This document shows positions 1 through 10,400 of a stretch of 61,079 nt of DNA, piece by piece. The position numbers and the translations under genes were made by a program. The DNA lies in assembly GCA_945861975.1 (NCBI GenBank), contig CAMAXD010000001.1:1-61079 (forward strand). The letters are read 5' to 3'. Position 1 is the first letter of the stretch, and each line of letters begins with the position of its first letter. The notes beneath the pieces are model-generated. The model did no database searches. It was not told the origin of the DNA and worked only from the letters and a program-made list of their open reading frames with translations. The DNA comes from Candidatus Kuenenia stuttgartensis. Lineage in GTDB: Bacteria; Planctomycetota; Planctomycetia; Planctomycetales; Planctomycetaceae.

Positions 1-507
1 GGCAAAGCGATCATCGCAGGAATCGATTCGACGTCGCCACACACGGCGATCAGTAATGGTCGGATCTTTCGATGTCAACTTGAGACGTGCGCTGAGCTGT
101 TCCGCAATGCTCCCGCCGATGCGATTCGGATTGTGGTGGCTCATCATCCGTTTGTTCCGGCTCCGGATTGCCTGCGAGACAAACGAGTGCAACAAGCTGT
201 CCGAGCCATGAAGATCTTCGGGGAACTGAATATCGAACTGGTGCTGGGCGGACATCTGCACCGCGCCTACGCCGGTGACTCATCGGACTTTTATCCAGCC
301 ATGCCTCGCGATCGAAGCATTCGAATTGTGCACTGTGGGACGACGACTTCAAGACGCGGACGAGGCAGAGAAGCCGGCAGAAATACACTGAATCTGATCG
401 AGTTCAGAAAACAGACACTAACAGTGTCTCACTTTCTTTTCCGGGATGAGTCTCAATCATTTACGATTGAAAGTCGCCATATCTTCCAGAGGCGACAACA
501 ACCGTAG
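1..507 (+). CDS. metallophosphoesterase (calcineurin-like), C-terminal part; 5' end lies outside the window
   Basis: Frame 1 is open from base 1 to the stop at 505-507. It contains the C-terminal metallophosphoesterase block LVLGGHLHRAY (GHxH-type). The listed ORF 133..507 only starts at an internal GTG. Confidence 0.7.
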   Translation, partial: GKAIIAGIDSTSPHTAISNGRIFRCQLETCAELFRNAPADAIRIVVAHHPFVPAPDCLRDKRVQQAVRAMKIFGELNIELVLGGHLHRAYAGDSSDFYPAMPRDRSIRIVHCGTTTSRRGRGREAGRNTLNLIEFRKQTLTVSHFLFRDESQSFTIESRHIFQRRQQP

Positions 508-674
508 CGGGGTCGCTGAATCTGCGAGAATCCTGGTAGCATCGCAGATCTCGACAGTGCGCAGAATCAATACTGAAATAAACCATTACTGCAACAAACA
601 ACAGCGAGGCGTTAGGGCCTCTCAGTCGTTTCGTCAAAACGCCAATTCAGAACGTAAGCGGTATCTGCTACTCG

Positions 675-1427
675 TTACTGTGCTTTGTTCTGTCGAAGTT
701 CCTCGACGGCTTTCCGCAGCTCGTTCAGCTCGGAACGCAGATGTTCGTTTTCATTGCGAAGCTTATGAATCTCATCACCAACTTCAGGTCGAGGGGCTTT
801 CATTGAAGCCTCGATCGCATGGGCGAGCTCCTCTTTCGCCGCGTGCAACTCTTTCTCCATCGCCTCAGCACGATTCATGAGTTCATGAGCCATGTCGTGC
901 ATCTCTGCAGTCTTCAGATTCTCCGCAGCCATTCGCACGTGCCTGATTCGTCGCGATGCTTGCTCCAGCTTTTCGGCATGCTCTCGATGTTGCGGCGGAA
1001 TCTCTGACTTCTGATGACGTTTGATTAGATCGCCAAGTTTGCGCTCCGTACCACTGATCTGTTCGCGCAACTCACGAATCTCCTGCTCCGGGGCCTGTGC
1101 GGCCTCAGCTTTTTCTCGTGCTGCTCGAAGATCCTGCAGCCGTTCTTTCAGATGAGCAATATCCGGATTCTCTGATCCATGATTTGGCCCCTTCTTTCCG
1201 GATAGCTCAATGGCCCGAGCCATGAGTTCCTTTGATTCCTGAAACAGCTGCTCGGCTTCATCCTTATGACCGTTCTCAAGCAATTGAGCTGCCTCAGATT
1301 TCACAGCATGGGCTCGCGATGTCAGTTCTTCCGCTTCATCGGCGTTCACGAATCCCAGCGAGACCAAGACAACTGCTGACAAAATGAGACTGGCAAGCGT
1401 GGCAAATCGCATGGAGTAACCTTTCAT
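675..1427 (-). CDS. secreted Glu/Ala/His-rich coiled-coil protein (hypothetical)
   Basis: 250-aa ORF. The N-terminus has a signal-peptide-like segment (MRFATLASLILSAVVLVSLGFVNA). The rest is heptad-like and charged (EELxxL, AEEL). No family recognised. The start could be the ATG at 1427 or the ATG 5 codons in. Confidence 0.65.
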   Translation of the reverse strand: MKGYSMRFATLASLILSAVVLVSLGFVNADEAEELTSRAHAVKSEAAQLLENGHKDEAEQLFQESKELMARAIELSGKKGPNHGSENPDIAHLKERLQDLRAAREKAEAAQAPEQEIRELREQISGTERKLGDLIKRHQKSEIPPQHREHAEKLEQASRRIRHVRMAAENLKTAEMHDMAHELMNRAEAMEKELHAAKEELAHAIEASMKAPRPEVGDEIHKLRNENEHLRSELNELRKAVEELRQNKAQ

Positions 1428-1577
1428 TGAGGTCGGTGCATACTACGAGGCAGGAGCTGAAGTCTAAAGACTTGCGGCACAAGCGACCAGAGGTTCTTCA
1501 GCAACGAAGCGTCTGTGTTCCAATGCTGAACCACTCTTCAAAAACACGCGAAAGCAGACCCATCAAGCACATGCAGC

Positions 1578-2681
1578 TCAGGCGATGTCAACGATCCTCG
1601 GGCCGAGAACTTCGAATCGCGGCTCTATCCCAAGCCCTGGCTTTGTGCTTGCCTGCATAAACCCGTTCACGCGCTGGGGAGCACCTGAGGCATTGCTGAC
1701 GCTGACATAGCTGTTGAAGTCCGTGCTGGTGAAACGGAATTCTTCAGGGGTACTGTGAGCCAGATGCGCGATGGCTGCAGTTGTGATGTCGCCACCCCAA
1801 CTGTCTTCAAGCGTCATTCCGATTCCCATCGACACACACAGGTCACGAACCTGTTTAGTCTTGGTCAGTCCACCGAGCTTACTGATTTTCAGATTAACAA
1901 CGTCCATCGCAAGATCCGCTTTGGCTCGCAGTAACATTTCGAGGCTGTCGACATTTTCGTCAAGGACGAAAGGATGGTCGGTGTTGCGGCGGACCGCGAG
2001 ACATTCCTCGTAAGTCAGGCAGGGTTGTTCGATATAAACATCGATATTTCGAACGGCACGAACAACTCGCATGGCCTCGTGCTGAGTCCATCCGGTATTC
2101 GCATCAGCAACCAGTCGGTCCGACGGGAGCAACATCGAACGAACAGCGTGGATCCGTTCAATATCGGTATCCGGATCGCCACCAACTTTGAGCTGAAAGC
2201 GGGTGTAGCCGTCAGCTTGATATCCGGCGACTTTGCGAGCCATCTCTTCGGCCGATTCCTGAGAGATCGCTCGGTAAAGTCGAACACTTTCGCCAAAACG
2301 GCCGCCCATCAGAACACACACCGGCAGTCCAGTGGCCTTTCCGAGGATATCCCAACAAGCGATATCGATTCCTGCTTTCACATATGGATGCCCCTTGAGA
2401 GCTGCATCCATGCGATGATTCAGGACAGAAAGCTGTCGCGGATCATAACCGATCAGATGTGGACCGAGTTCCTTCAGTCCGGCACGCACGCCTTCGGCAT
2501 AAGCTGGCAGATAGAAAGGCCCCAAAGGACACACTTCACCGTAACCGATCAGACCACAATCTGTTTCGACCCCGACGATGGTGCTGTCAAAAACAGAGAC
2601 AGACTTACCGCCAGACCACTTGTAAGTCCCCTCGTGCAACGGAAGGTCAACGCGATGCGCGAAGATACGGGCGATTTTCAT
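1578..2681 (-). CDS. enolase-superfamily enzyme (mandelate racemase / muconate lactonizing enzyme family, MLE-type KxK subgroup)
   Basis: Reads [15 protein letters not shown]...GYGEVCPLG...FQLKVGG...VADANTGW...IEQP...VLDENV...NLKISKLGG, the typical metal-ligand and catalytic Lys pattern. I place the start at ATG 2679-2681. The upstream 84 codons of ORF 1578..2933 are translation of the heptamer repeat (CSVFGVR x n), so I treat them as an artefact. Confidence 0.9.
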   Translation of the reverse strand: MKIARIFAHRVDLPLHEGTYKWSGGKSVSVFDSTIVGVETDCGLIGYGEVCPLGPFYLPAYAEGVRAGLKELGPHLIGYDPRQLSVLNHRMDAALKGHPYVKAGIDIACWDILGKATGLPVCVLMGGRFGESVRLYRAISQESAEEMARKVAGYQADGYTRFQLKVGGDPDTDIERIHAVRSMLLPSDRLVADANTGWTQHEAMRVVRAVRNIDVYIEQPCLTYEECLAVRRNTDHPFVLDENVDSLEMLLRAKADLAMDVVNLKISKLGGLTKTKQVRDLCVSMGIGMTLEDSWGGDITTAAIAHLAHSTPEEFRFTSTDFNSYVSVSNASGAPQRVNGFMQASTKPGLGIEPRFEVLGPRIVDIA

Positions 2682-2804
2682 GGGAGACTCTGAAATAATG
2701 CGTTTGTGCAATAACCGAAAACCAGAAACCTGGGCGACACTGCCCTCACACCGACTTGGAACACATCGGCCTGCAACTTCATTCCTGTGCCGCGATGCGT
2801 TCGT

Positions 2805-2909
2805 CCGAACACCGAACACCGAACACCGAACACCGAACACCGAACACCGAACACCGAACACCGAACACCGAACACCGAACACTGAACACTGAACGCTGAA
2901 CGCTGAACG
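2805..2909. repeat. heptanucleotide tandem array: 11 perfect CCGAACA units, then CTGAACA x1 and CTGAACG x3
   Basis: Read directly. Units start at 2805, 2812 ... 2875 (perfect), and at 2882, 2889, 2896, 2903 (degenerate). The array lies in the 262-nt spacer between the argC stop and the enolase-family start. On the gene strand the unit is TGTTCGG. Confidence 0.95.
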
Positions 2910-2943
2910 CCCTAACCGGTCGGCTAACGCCACACGGCTCGCC

Positions 2944-3963
2944 TTAGTCCGGCAATAACATCCCGGTTCTTTGATCCAGGCCCAGCATGATATTCATATT
3001 CTGTACGGCAACTCCACTGGCCCCTTTGATCAAATTGTCAATCGCGGCAAACACGACCAACTGATCTCGATTGAAGCGGACTGAGATGTCACAGAAGTTT
3101 GTATATGAGACGTCTTTTGTGTTTGGGATATGATCAACAATTCGAATGAATGGCTGCCCAGCATAGAAGCTGCGGTAGATCTCCAGCAATTGACCGCGCG
3201 TCTGGGTCGCTTTCAAGCGAGGATAAATAGAACAGAAGATTCCTCGATCCATCGGCATCAGATGAGGATTGAAGGCAACCTGAACGTCGGCACCACAGAC
3301 ATCCGAGAGAACCTGTTCAATCTCTGGCGTATGTCGATGGTTGCCAATGCTGTACGCGGTCACAGACTCATTGCACTCAGAGAACAAGTTGGACAGTTTT
3401 GGCGTCCGCCCTGCTCCGCTGATGCCGCTCTTTGCATCGATAATGATTCCAGTGGGTTCAATCACTTTTGCCTGAAGCAGCGGAGCCAGAGCCAGAATGG
3501 ACGTACTGGTATAGCAACCAGGATTCGCAACCAGCTCCGCATTCGGAATACGATCGGCATAAATCTCCGGCAGGCCATAGACCGCAGTGCTCAGACGCGT
3601 CGGGTCCGTGTGAACATGCTCGTACCAGGTTTCATAAACGCCCGGATCTCGCAAGCGATAGTCCGCACTGAGATCAACAACGCGACAGCCGGCCTCAAGC
3701 AACTGCGGGATCGCCTCCATGCTCGCCGTGTGCGGCAGACAGCAGAACGCAATGTCACACAGCTTTCCGGCCTGCTCTGCCGAGAGGTTTTCGCATTGCA
3801 AATTGAACAGCCCTGTTAGCGACGGGTGAACTTCGCTCAAAAGGGGTTTGTTCTCCTGGCGAGTCGTCGCAGCAACAACTTCCGCCTGCGGATGGCGGGC
3901 GAGGATCTTCAGGAGTTCAAGAGCCGTGTAGCCGGTTGCACCGAGAATCGCGATTCGAGCCAT
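2944..3963 (-). CDS. argC: N-acetyl-gamma-glutamyl-phosphate reductase
   Basis: Reads [25 protein letters not shown] (NAD-binding GxTGYxG), NPGCYTTS-like active-site block ([10 protein letters not shown]), and C-terminal DNLIKGASG. Start taken at ATG 3961-3963. The upstream extension to 4128 has no homology-like character. Confidence 0.93.
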   Translation of the reverse strand: MARIAILGATGYTALELLKILARHPQAEVVAATTRQENKPLLSEVHPSLTGLFNLQCENLSAEQAGKLCDIAFCCLPHTASMEAIPQLLEAGCRVVDLSADYRLRDPGVYETWYEHVHTDPTRLSTAVYGLPEIYADRIPNAELVANPGCYTSTSILALAPLLQAKVIEPTGIIIDAKSGISGAGRTPKLSNLFSECNESVTAYSIGNHRHTPEIEQVLSDVCGADVQVAFNPHLMPMDRGIFCSIYPRLKATQTRGQLLEIYRSFYAGQPFIRIVDHIPNTKDVSYTNFCDISVRFNRDQLVVFAAIDNLIKGASGVAVQNMNIMLGLDQRTGMLLPD

Positions 3964-4425
3964 GTGGGTCGCCGTAGCGGAAAGAGGGGTTTGGGAAGAG
4001 TTGATAATCTTCGTGGCCTTGGAGTATAGAGGTCGACACCTGTCACTCAACGACAGCATATCAACCGTCCGGCAGTTTCTGCGGATTCGGAGTCTTCGGG
4101 TTACCCAAAAAAAGGCCGGAGAAGCCACATCGCCGCTCCGAGTCCCTGGAGCAAAAAACGCCTCCGCGACCGACGACCGCCTCGAAATCCGGCAGCGATA
4201 GCACGATCCAGGTCATTGGCCGCAGGATTTGCTCGTCTAGCACGCCAAAATACTTATTCAGCATCACGACCGGCGCTTTCAGCAGAAGTGTCAAATCCGG
4301 AATCATCCGCACATCCCTTACATTTTAACTCAACAGAACAGGTTTGAACCGCCGATCGATATGAGTAACCGTCACTGCCGGCGCATCCGGCACACATTCT
4401 CTGTACGGCTCGATCGGAACAATCG

Positions 4426-7400
4426 ATGAAACCCATACGAATCTTTGCCACGGCTTCTCTGATCATCAGCAGCGTTGCTCTGATAACAGCCGCCAGTATC
4501 TCCGTCGGAGATGAACCCGGTGTTGTCCGGATGGCAGCGTTTAAGCCACAGGACGGAGCAACTGCTCCGGCTCCGACACCGGATCCCGTTGGATCAGATG
4601 GTGTGGCTACCATGAATCAGCCAGAGGCTACCCCCGAGCTTTATCCTCAGCCCGGGAGTTACTCTCCTTACTTTGAGCGTTCATTTGCCGTGACGGAAGC
4701 CGTGCCAAACGTCTTCTATCAGCCGGTTCAGCCATTCGGCCCCATCGTCATGTTCGAAACGAACACCGATGACGGAATCGGATTCAACAATGGCTACCAG
4801 CGAGTGAATGCCCGATTGCCGTATCACATCATTCCTAACACGAATGTGCTGATCACGGATTTGTCGGCATCGGTAACATTCGACGGGTTGCCGGTCGCGA
4901 ATGGCGGCCTTGTGTACCGTCGCTACGACGACGCCTACAACCGCATTTTCGGTGTAAATGCCTTCCTCGATTACGACAAAGGATACGGCTACAACGAATG
5001 GTACCGGGGAACGCTGGGTTTTGAATCACTCGGTCGCTACGTCGACTTCCGTGCAAACGGTTATTTCATGCTGGGTGATGACACATCCATTTTGAGTAAC
5101 ACGCTGCTCGCAGGTCTGCAATTGCAGGGCAACAACGCATTTAATCAGCGTCAGCAGGTTGCTTCAAATGCCTACTCTGGATTCGACCTTGAAACTGGCG
5201 GACCAATCCCATTGCTTGGTCAGTATGGTCAAAACCTCTACGGCGGAGCCTACTACCTGACCAACAATAACGGTGGCGACACGGTTGGGTTCCAGGCTCG
5301 ATGGGAGGCCCTGATCACTCAGAACCTCACCGTCAACACACGCTTGACATCAGACGACACGTTTGGCACGAACATCTGGACGGCATTGCAGTACGAGATT
5401 CCGAACTACAAGGATCGAAGAATTCTGCGACCGCACTCTTCCGTGCGTGAACGCCTGCAGGATCCAGTGTATCGTCATAACCGAGTCCACGAAAGCATCG
5501 ATACGACGGTCACGCTGGAAGCCCTTGTCAACCATGGCGAAGACTTCAATAACAACGGGCTGCTGGATGCCGGCGAAGATATCGACTGCGACGGGATTCT
5601 GGATACAGGCAGTGCACTGCCCTACTTCCTGACCCATATTGATCCCAATGCAACCAACCCGGGTACAGGTACCGTTGAAGATCCATTCAGCACTCTTCAG
5701 GCTGCCGCTCTTGCGAACAATGCAGGCATCGATATTTTCCGAATTGCACCACGAGCCGACGACTCAGGTACGGGGCTGACAGTCAACGGCGGATTCTCTC
5801 TGTTTGATGATCAGATCATGTTGTCCTCGATCCAGGACTACAACCTCGGTGCTCCCGGCACAACCGGAAGCGTAATCCTCGGCGTTCCGACGACAACAAA
5901 TCTGGGACCACTGATCAGCAACCCCACGATGGGTGTTGGCGGCAGCGTGATTCATCTTGCCAATAACAACCGCGTCATTGGAATGCGACTCGACGGTGCG
6001 AATGCTGCCGGTACGATCTTCGGCGATGGCTTCCAGAATGCTTTGCCGATCACGAATTCCTACCTGACATCCAACGTTGTCACAAACTACTCAACTGGTG
6101 CAAATCTTCAGGATGTGTCCGGGAAAGTTGAGATTGTCGGCAATCAATTCAACGGCTTGCTGGGCCCATCAATTGATGGCCTCAACCTGTCTTCCGCTGC
6201 TGGAAGCGACACGGACCTGCTGCTGACAAACAACATCTCGAGCAACAACAGCGGTTCGGGTTTCGTTGTCACAGCGAAAGCTGGAAGTACAATTAACGCT
6301 GATGATCCCGACGGAGCTCATTGCGTGACCGGCATTTTGAACAACACCGCAAATGACAACGGTGCCGGTATGGTTATCGAAGCTCAGGCCGGAGCCACGA
6401 TCAATGCCGTTGTTGAAGGTAACACGACTCTCAGAAATACCTTCGACGGACTGTCCATGACTGCAGACGGCGGTACATTCAATCTGGCCAGCCTCTCAGG
6501 CAACACCTTCAGCCGAAACCTCAACAACGGCACTCTGATCCATTACCTGAATGGCGGACTGTTCCGCTCACTCTCAGAAGATCTTGATGGGGACGGAATT
6601 CTGGATGTTGGTGAAGACCTGAATGGCAACGAACGTCTCGACAGCGGCATCGTTTCCAACACGATGAACGACAATATTTTCGCAGGCCTTCAAATCACCG
6701 GTGAGGATGCCAGCGTCGGCGAATTCGACATCGGTGGACCAATGCCAACTCTGGGGAACACTTTTATAGGAAACTCTGAAGGAGGCATCCTTGTCGACCT
6801 GCAGGATCAGGCGACCGCACAAGTCGATGCGTTGTTCAACACGGTCACCGGTGGCAATGCAGTTCCGGGCCTCACGATCGTGCTTGACTTCATCGATCCG
6901 GGCCAGGCATCAGAAGTTGACATCAATGGATTCCAGGTAGACACCTTCGACGTCACAAACTACGGCTTCGCAGCCACAGACTTCGATCTGGTGACGAACT
7001 CCATTCTGGCAACCCTTCAGGAGTACTACAATAACCTGCCGACGGCAGCCGACGACGTAAGAAGCCCGATCCCTGCCGGTAGCGAACTTAATCTTGACTT
7101 CGTGATTGGAGATACCGGCGTCGCTCCTTCGAATGGCGCAACGGAGTATTACGTCATGACCATCGGTGACAGCCTTAATGCCCCAGCAGGATTGGGTGGT
7201 GCAGCAGGAGACATTGGCAATATCCGAAACGCTCTCGGGCAGGGTCCTGGTCAGGGGCTGTTCGGAACTCCACAGGCCAATGGAGCCTCTGCGATGGGTG
7301 TCTACACCAACAATGTTGTGAACGATTTCGGCCCCGGAATCAATCCGCCCAATGCATTCAATGGTGGCTTAACAGTGGACGTCAATGGCTCTGCTCCTTA

Positions 7401-10400
7401 CGCCATCACAGCACTGACTTCCGGAAACCTCACGTTTACCCGTCGAGCACTCGGTTTCGTTGCTGCACACGAACTGGGGCATACCCTCTCACTTCGACAC
7501 ATCCTTGCAGCGTCCGCTGTAACACCAACGGGCCGCCAGCCGATCATGGGCACTCCGGCCTTCGATCTGTCTGTTCAGGCACTTGTTGAGCCTGTAGAAT
7601 TTGCATTCTCCGGAACAAATCCTGGTGAAATTCCAGGCGAAGCACCGTTTGTTCAGAACGACATTGCTCAGCTTGCCAGTGCGATCGGGACTCGAGTCGC
7701 CGCTGGGGAAACGAAGAATGGTATTCGGGTGAATGCTTCCGACAACGCTCGACTGCTGGCATCAACTTTCAACAACAACACGATCACGGGTGCATCAGAC
7801 GATGGAATCGCCATCCTGATGAACGACAGTGCTGTGGCTGAAGGTGTCACAATTCAAACGAACACGATTATCAACGGTGGTGGCAACGGTATCCGACTCG
7901 TGGCTGACGGTCCGAATGCGGAGATTCACGCTGACAATACGATTGGCGGAAATGGCGTCAATGTCTACAACGGTGTGAACTTCAACCAGGGTAACATTAT
8001 CAATAACAACGACGGCGATGGCTTCCGGGCACTTGCCGCCAACAATGGCTTGATCCACGGTAACCTGATTAACAACACGATCACTGACAACGGTGGAAAC
8101 GGTGCTGCTCTGATGATCGACAACGGTGGCATTGTCGACTTCGGCACGGTAGCGAACAATCGAGTCATCCGTGGCAACACAATTACCGGAAACGGCGGAG
8201 CAGGCCTGTTGTTGAATCAACTAACAAACCCGAGTACTGAGACTCAACTGGACGCCACGGTTCTTGGGAATACGCTGTCGAACAACGCGGGCGGTGGCAT
8301 CCTGTCACGCCTGAACGGAGCCAACAACAATCCGCCTGCAGCACCGGTGACACCGAACAACAATCGTCTCAATCTGGTAGTAGGCGGCACAGCGGCCACA
8401 GACGCCAATACAATCAATGCCAACGGCGACGTGGGAATTGGTGTCGTGGTTGCCGGCAACGGCTCTGCAAACGTAGCGATCACAAATACGACCGTCACGG
8501 GCACAACGAATGGTGCTGATCCACTACTCAATGGATCAGGCATTCACTTCAACCGAGCTGACTCGTCTCTCCTGACAGCGACTCTCGACAATGTCACTTC
8601 AACAGGTAATGCAGGTGATGGTCTTCGAGTAGAAACCCAGGGCAGTGACAAGACAGATCCAAACCTTCCGATCCCGAACACTCCAAATACGGTGATTGTC
8701 ACAGACAGCGATTTCTCGAACAACACTCTGAATGGTGCGTTCTTCCAGACACGCGGCGATTCAACGCTGATTGGTAACATGTCCAACAGCCAGTTTACAA
8801 ACAATGGCCAGAACGGCATCGTTGTTCAAACGGCTGAGAACTCATCGTTCGGTGACCCGACCATCGGGCTTCCTCCTGGTCAACGCTCACTGTTCAATGG
8901 TCTGATTGTTGAAGACAACGGGAATGATGGCGTGCAGATTACGGCCACTCAGAATTCTCGTACTCTTCTGGAAATCAATAGTACTGTGAACCCAACAAGC
9001 ATCTCCAACAATGGCGGAGACGGAGTTGGGATTACCACGACCGGGGGTCGTTCAGATATCCTGATTACATCGGGTCTTTTACCGGCTGTCAGAACAACAA
9101 TCGACGGTAACGGCACCACGGCCGGCGGCAATGGTGTTCGATGGGATGCCAGCGGAGCATCCGAGGGTGTTGTGCGAGTCACAAAGACAGACATCCTGGG
9201 AAGCATCGCCGGAGCTTCTGAAGATCTCAACAACAACGGCGTTCTTGACGCAGGTGAAGATCTCAACAACAACGGTGACATTGATGTCGCCGAGGGTGAC
9301 GGCATTCAGGCCAACTTCTCTGAGAACGCGACAGCAACTTTGATTGTCGGTAACGTGGGAGAAGGAAACAGGATTCAGAATAATGAAGATGACGGTATCG
9401 CGATCACGGCAACCGGTTCTGATGTCACTGGAAACCCACGACCGATTATCACCATCACGGATAATATCATTGGTGGCACACTCAACGGCCTGCAGGCCGG
9501 GAATGGTGGAGACGGTGTCAGTCTGAACGTCTTCGGTGGTACCGCCGTTGGAATTGCCTCAGGTGCGGTTGATAACTCAATCACGGCAGCTTCACCAGGG
9601 ACAGACGCGTTCAACGGAAGACTGGGTGTCTCTGAAACAGGTGCAATTCCACAATTCACCATGACGGAGAATATTGTCAGCAACAACAACGGACGAGGCG
9701 TCAACATTGCTCTAACGGGTGCTTCTGGCCGACGAGATCGCGAATTCGGCAATGCAATCTTTGATCCTGTCCGCATCCGGCTTGACGATAACACGATCGT
9801 CTCGAACGGAGCAGAAGGCATGTTCTACCGAGCAGATTCTGACATGAACCAGAGTCGCTTTGTGTTCCTGCCGAACTTCCCGGATCCTCCATTTGTAGGC
9901 TTTGACAATCAGAACTTTAGTCCGTTTCAGGCACAGTTCTTCAACTTCAACGTTGGTAGCGTGAACGGAAACACCGCTTACCTGGCTCCATACCTGAACC
10001 TCAGAACTGTCCAGAACAGCTTGTTCACTGTGACAAATAACACTGTTCAGAACAATGGTGTGAACGGGGTCACAGGGGAAGGTATCCGCATCGACGTGGG
10101 AACAGGGGCTTACGTGGCTGCTGATATCCGTAACAATGCATTGGGAGGAAACCTGCAGGAAGACCTCGTCACATCATCCTTCTTGTCAGCCGGAAATACA
10201 TTTGACTCGGTTGATGATTCCGGTGACCTGACATTCGACTATGTCTATCTGGATGATACGGCTCAGCTCGACATGCGATTCCTGAACAATAGCGGTAATC
10301 AGGTGGCTCCAAGCGACTTCGGTGCCCTCTACACGAATGCGGACCCTCTGAAGACCCAGTTCTTCGGGAACATTGGAGTCACCCAGCGAGATGCGGGTCT

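Noticed and set aside
2805-2909. Considered whether the repeat array could be a CRISPR.
   Set aside because: The units are 7 bp and directly abutting with no spacers, and no cas genes are present. It is a microsatellite, not a CRISPR.
2682-2933. 84-codon N-terminal extension of the enolase-family ORF, plus ORFs 2678..2875 (-) and 2680..2892 (+).
   Set aside because: The 'protein' is the heptamer array read through (CSVFGVR or TPNTEHR repeated). The conserved enzyme begins at MKIARIF (ATG 2679-2681).
7795-9821. Cluster of 90-150-aa minus-strand ORFs inside the giant gene (7795..8220, 8244..8543, 8544..8819, 8949..9305, 9375..9821).
   Set aside because: They are antisense to a continuous 6.1-kb ORF built of GGN/AAC-rich repeats, which naturally lack stops on the opposite strand. 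The products are Pro/Ser/Val low-complexity.
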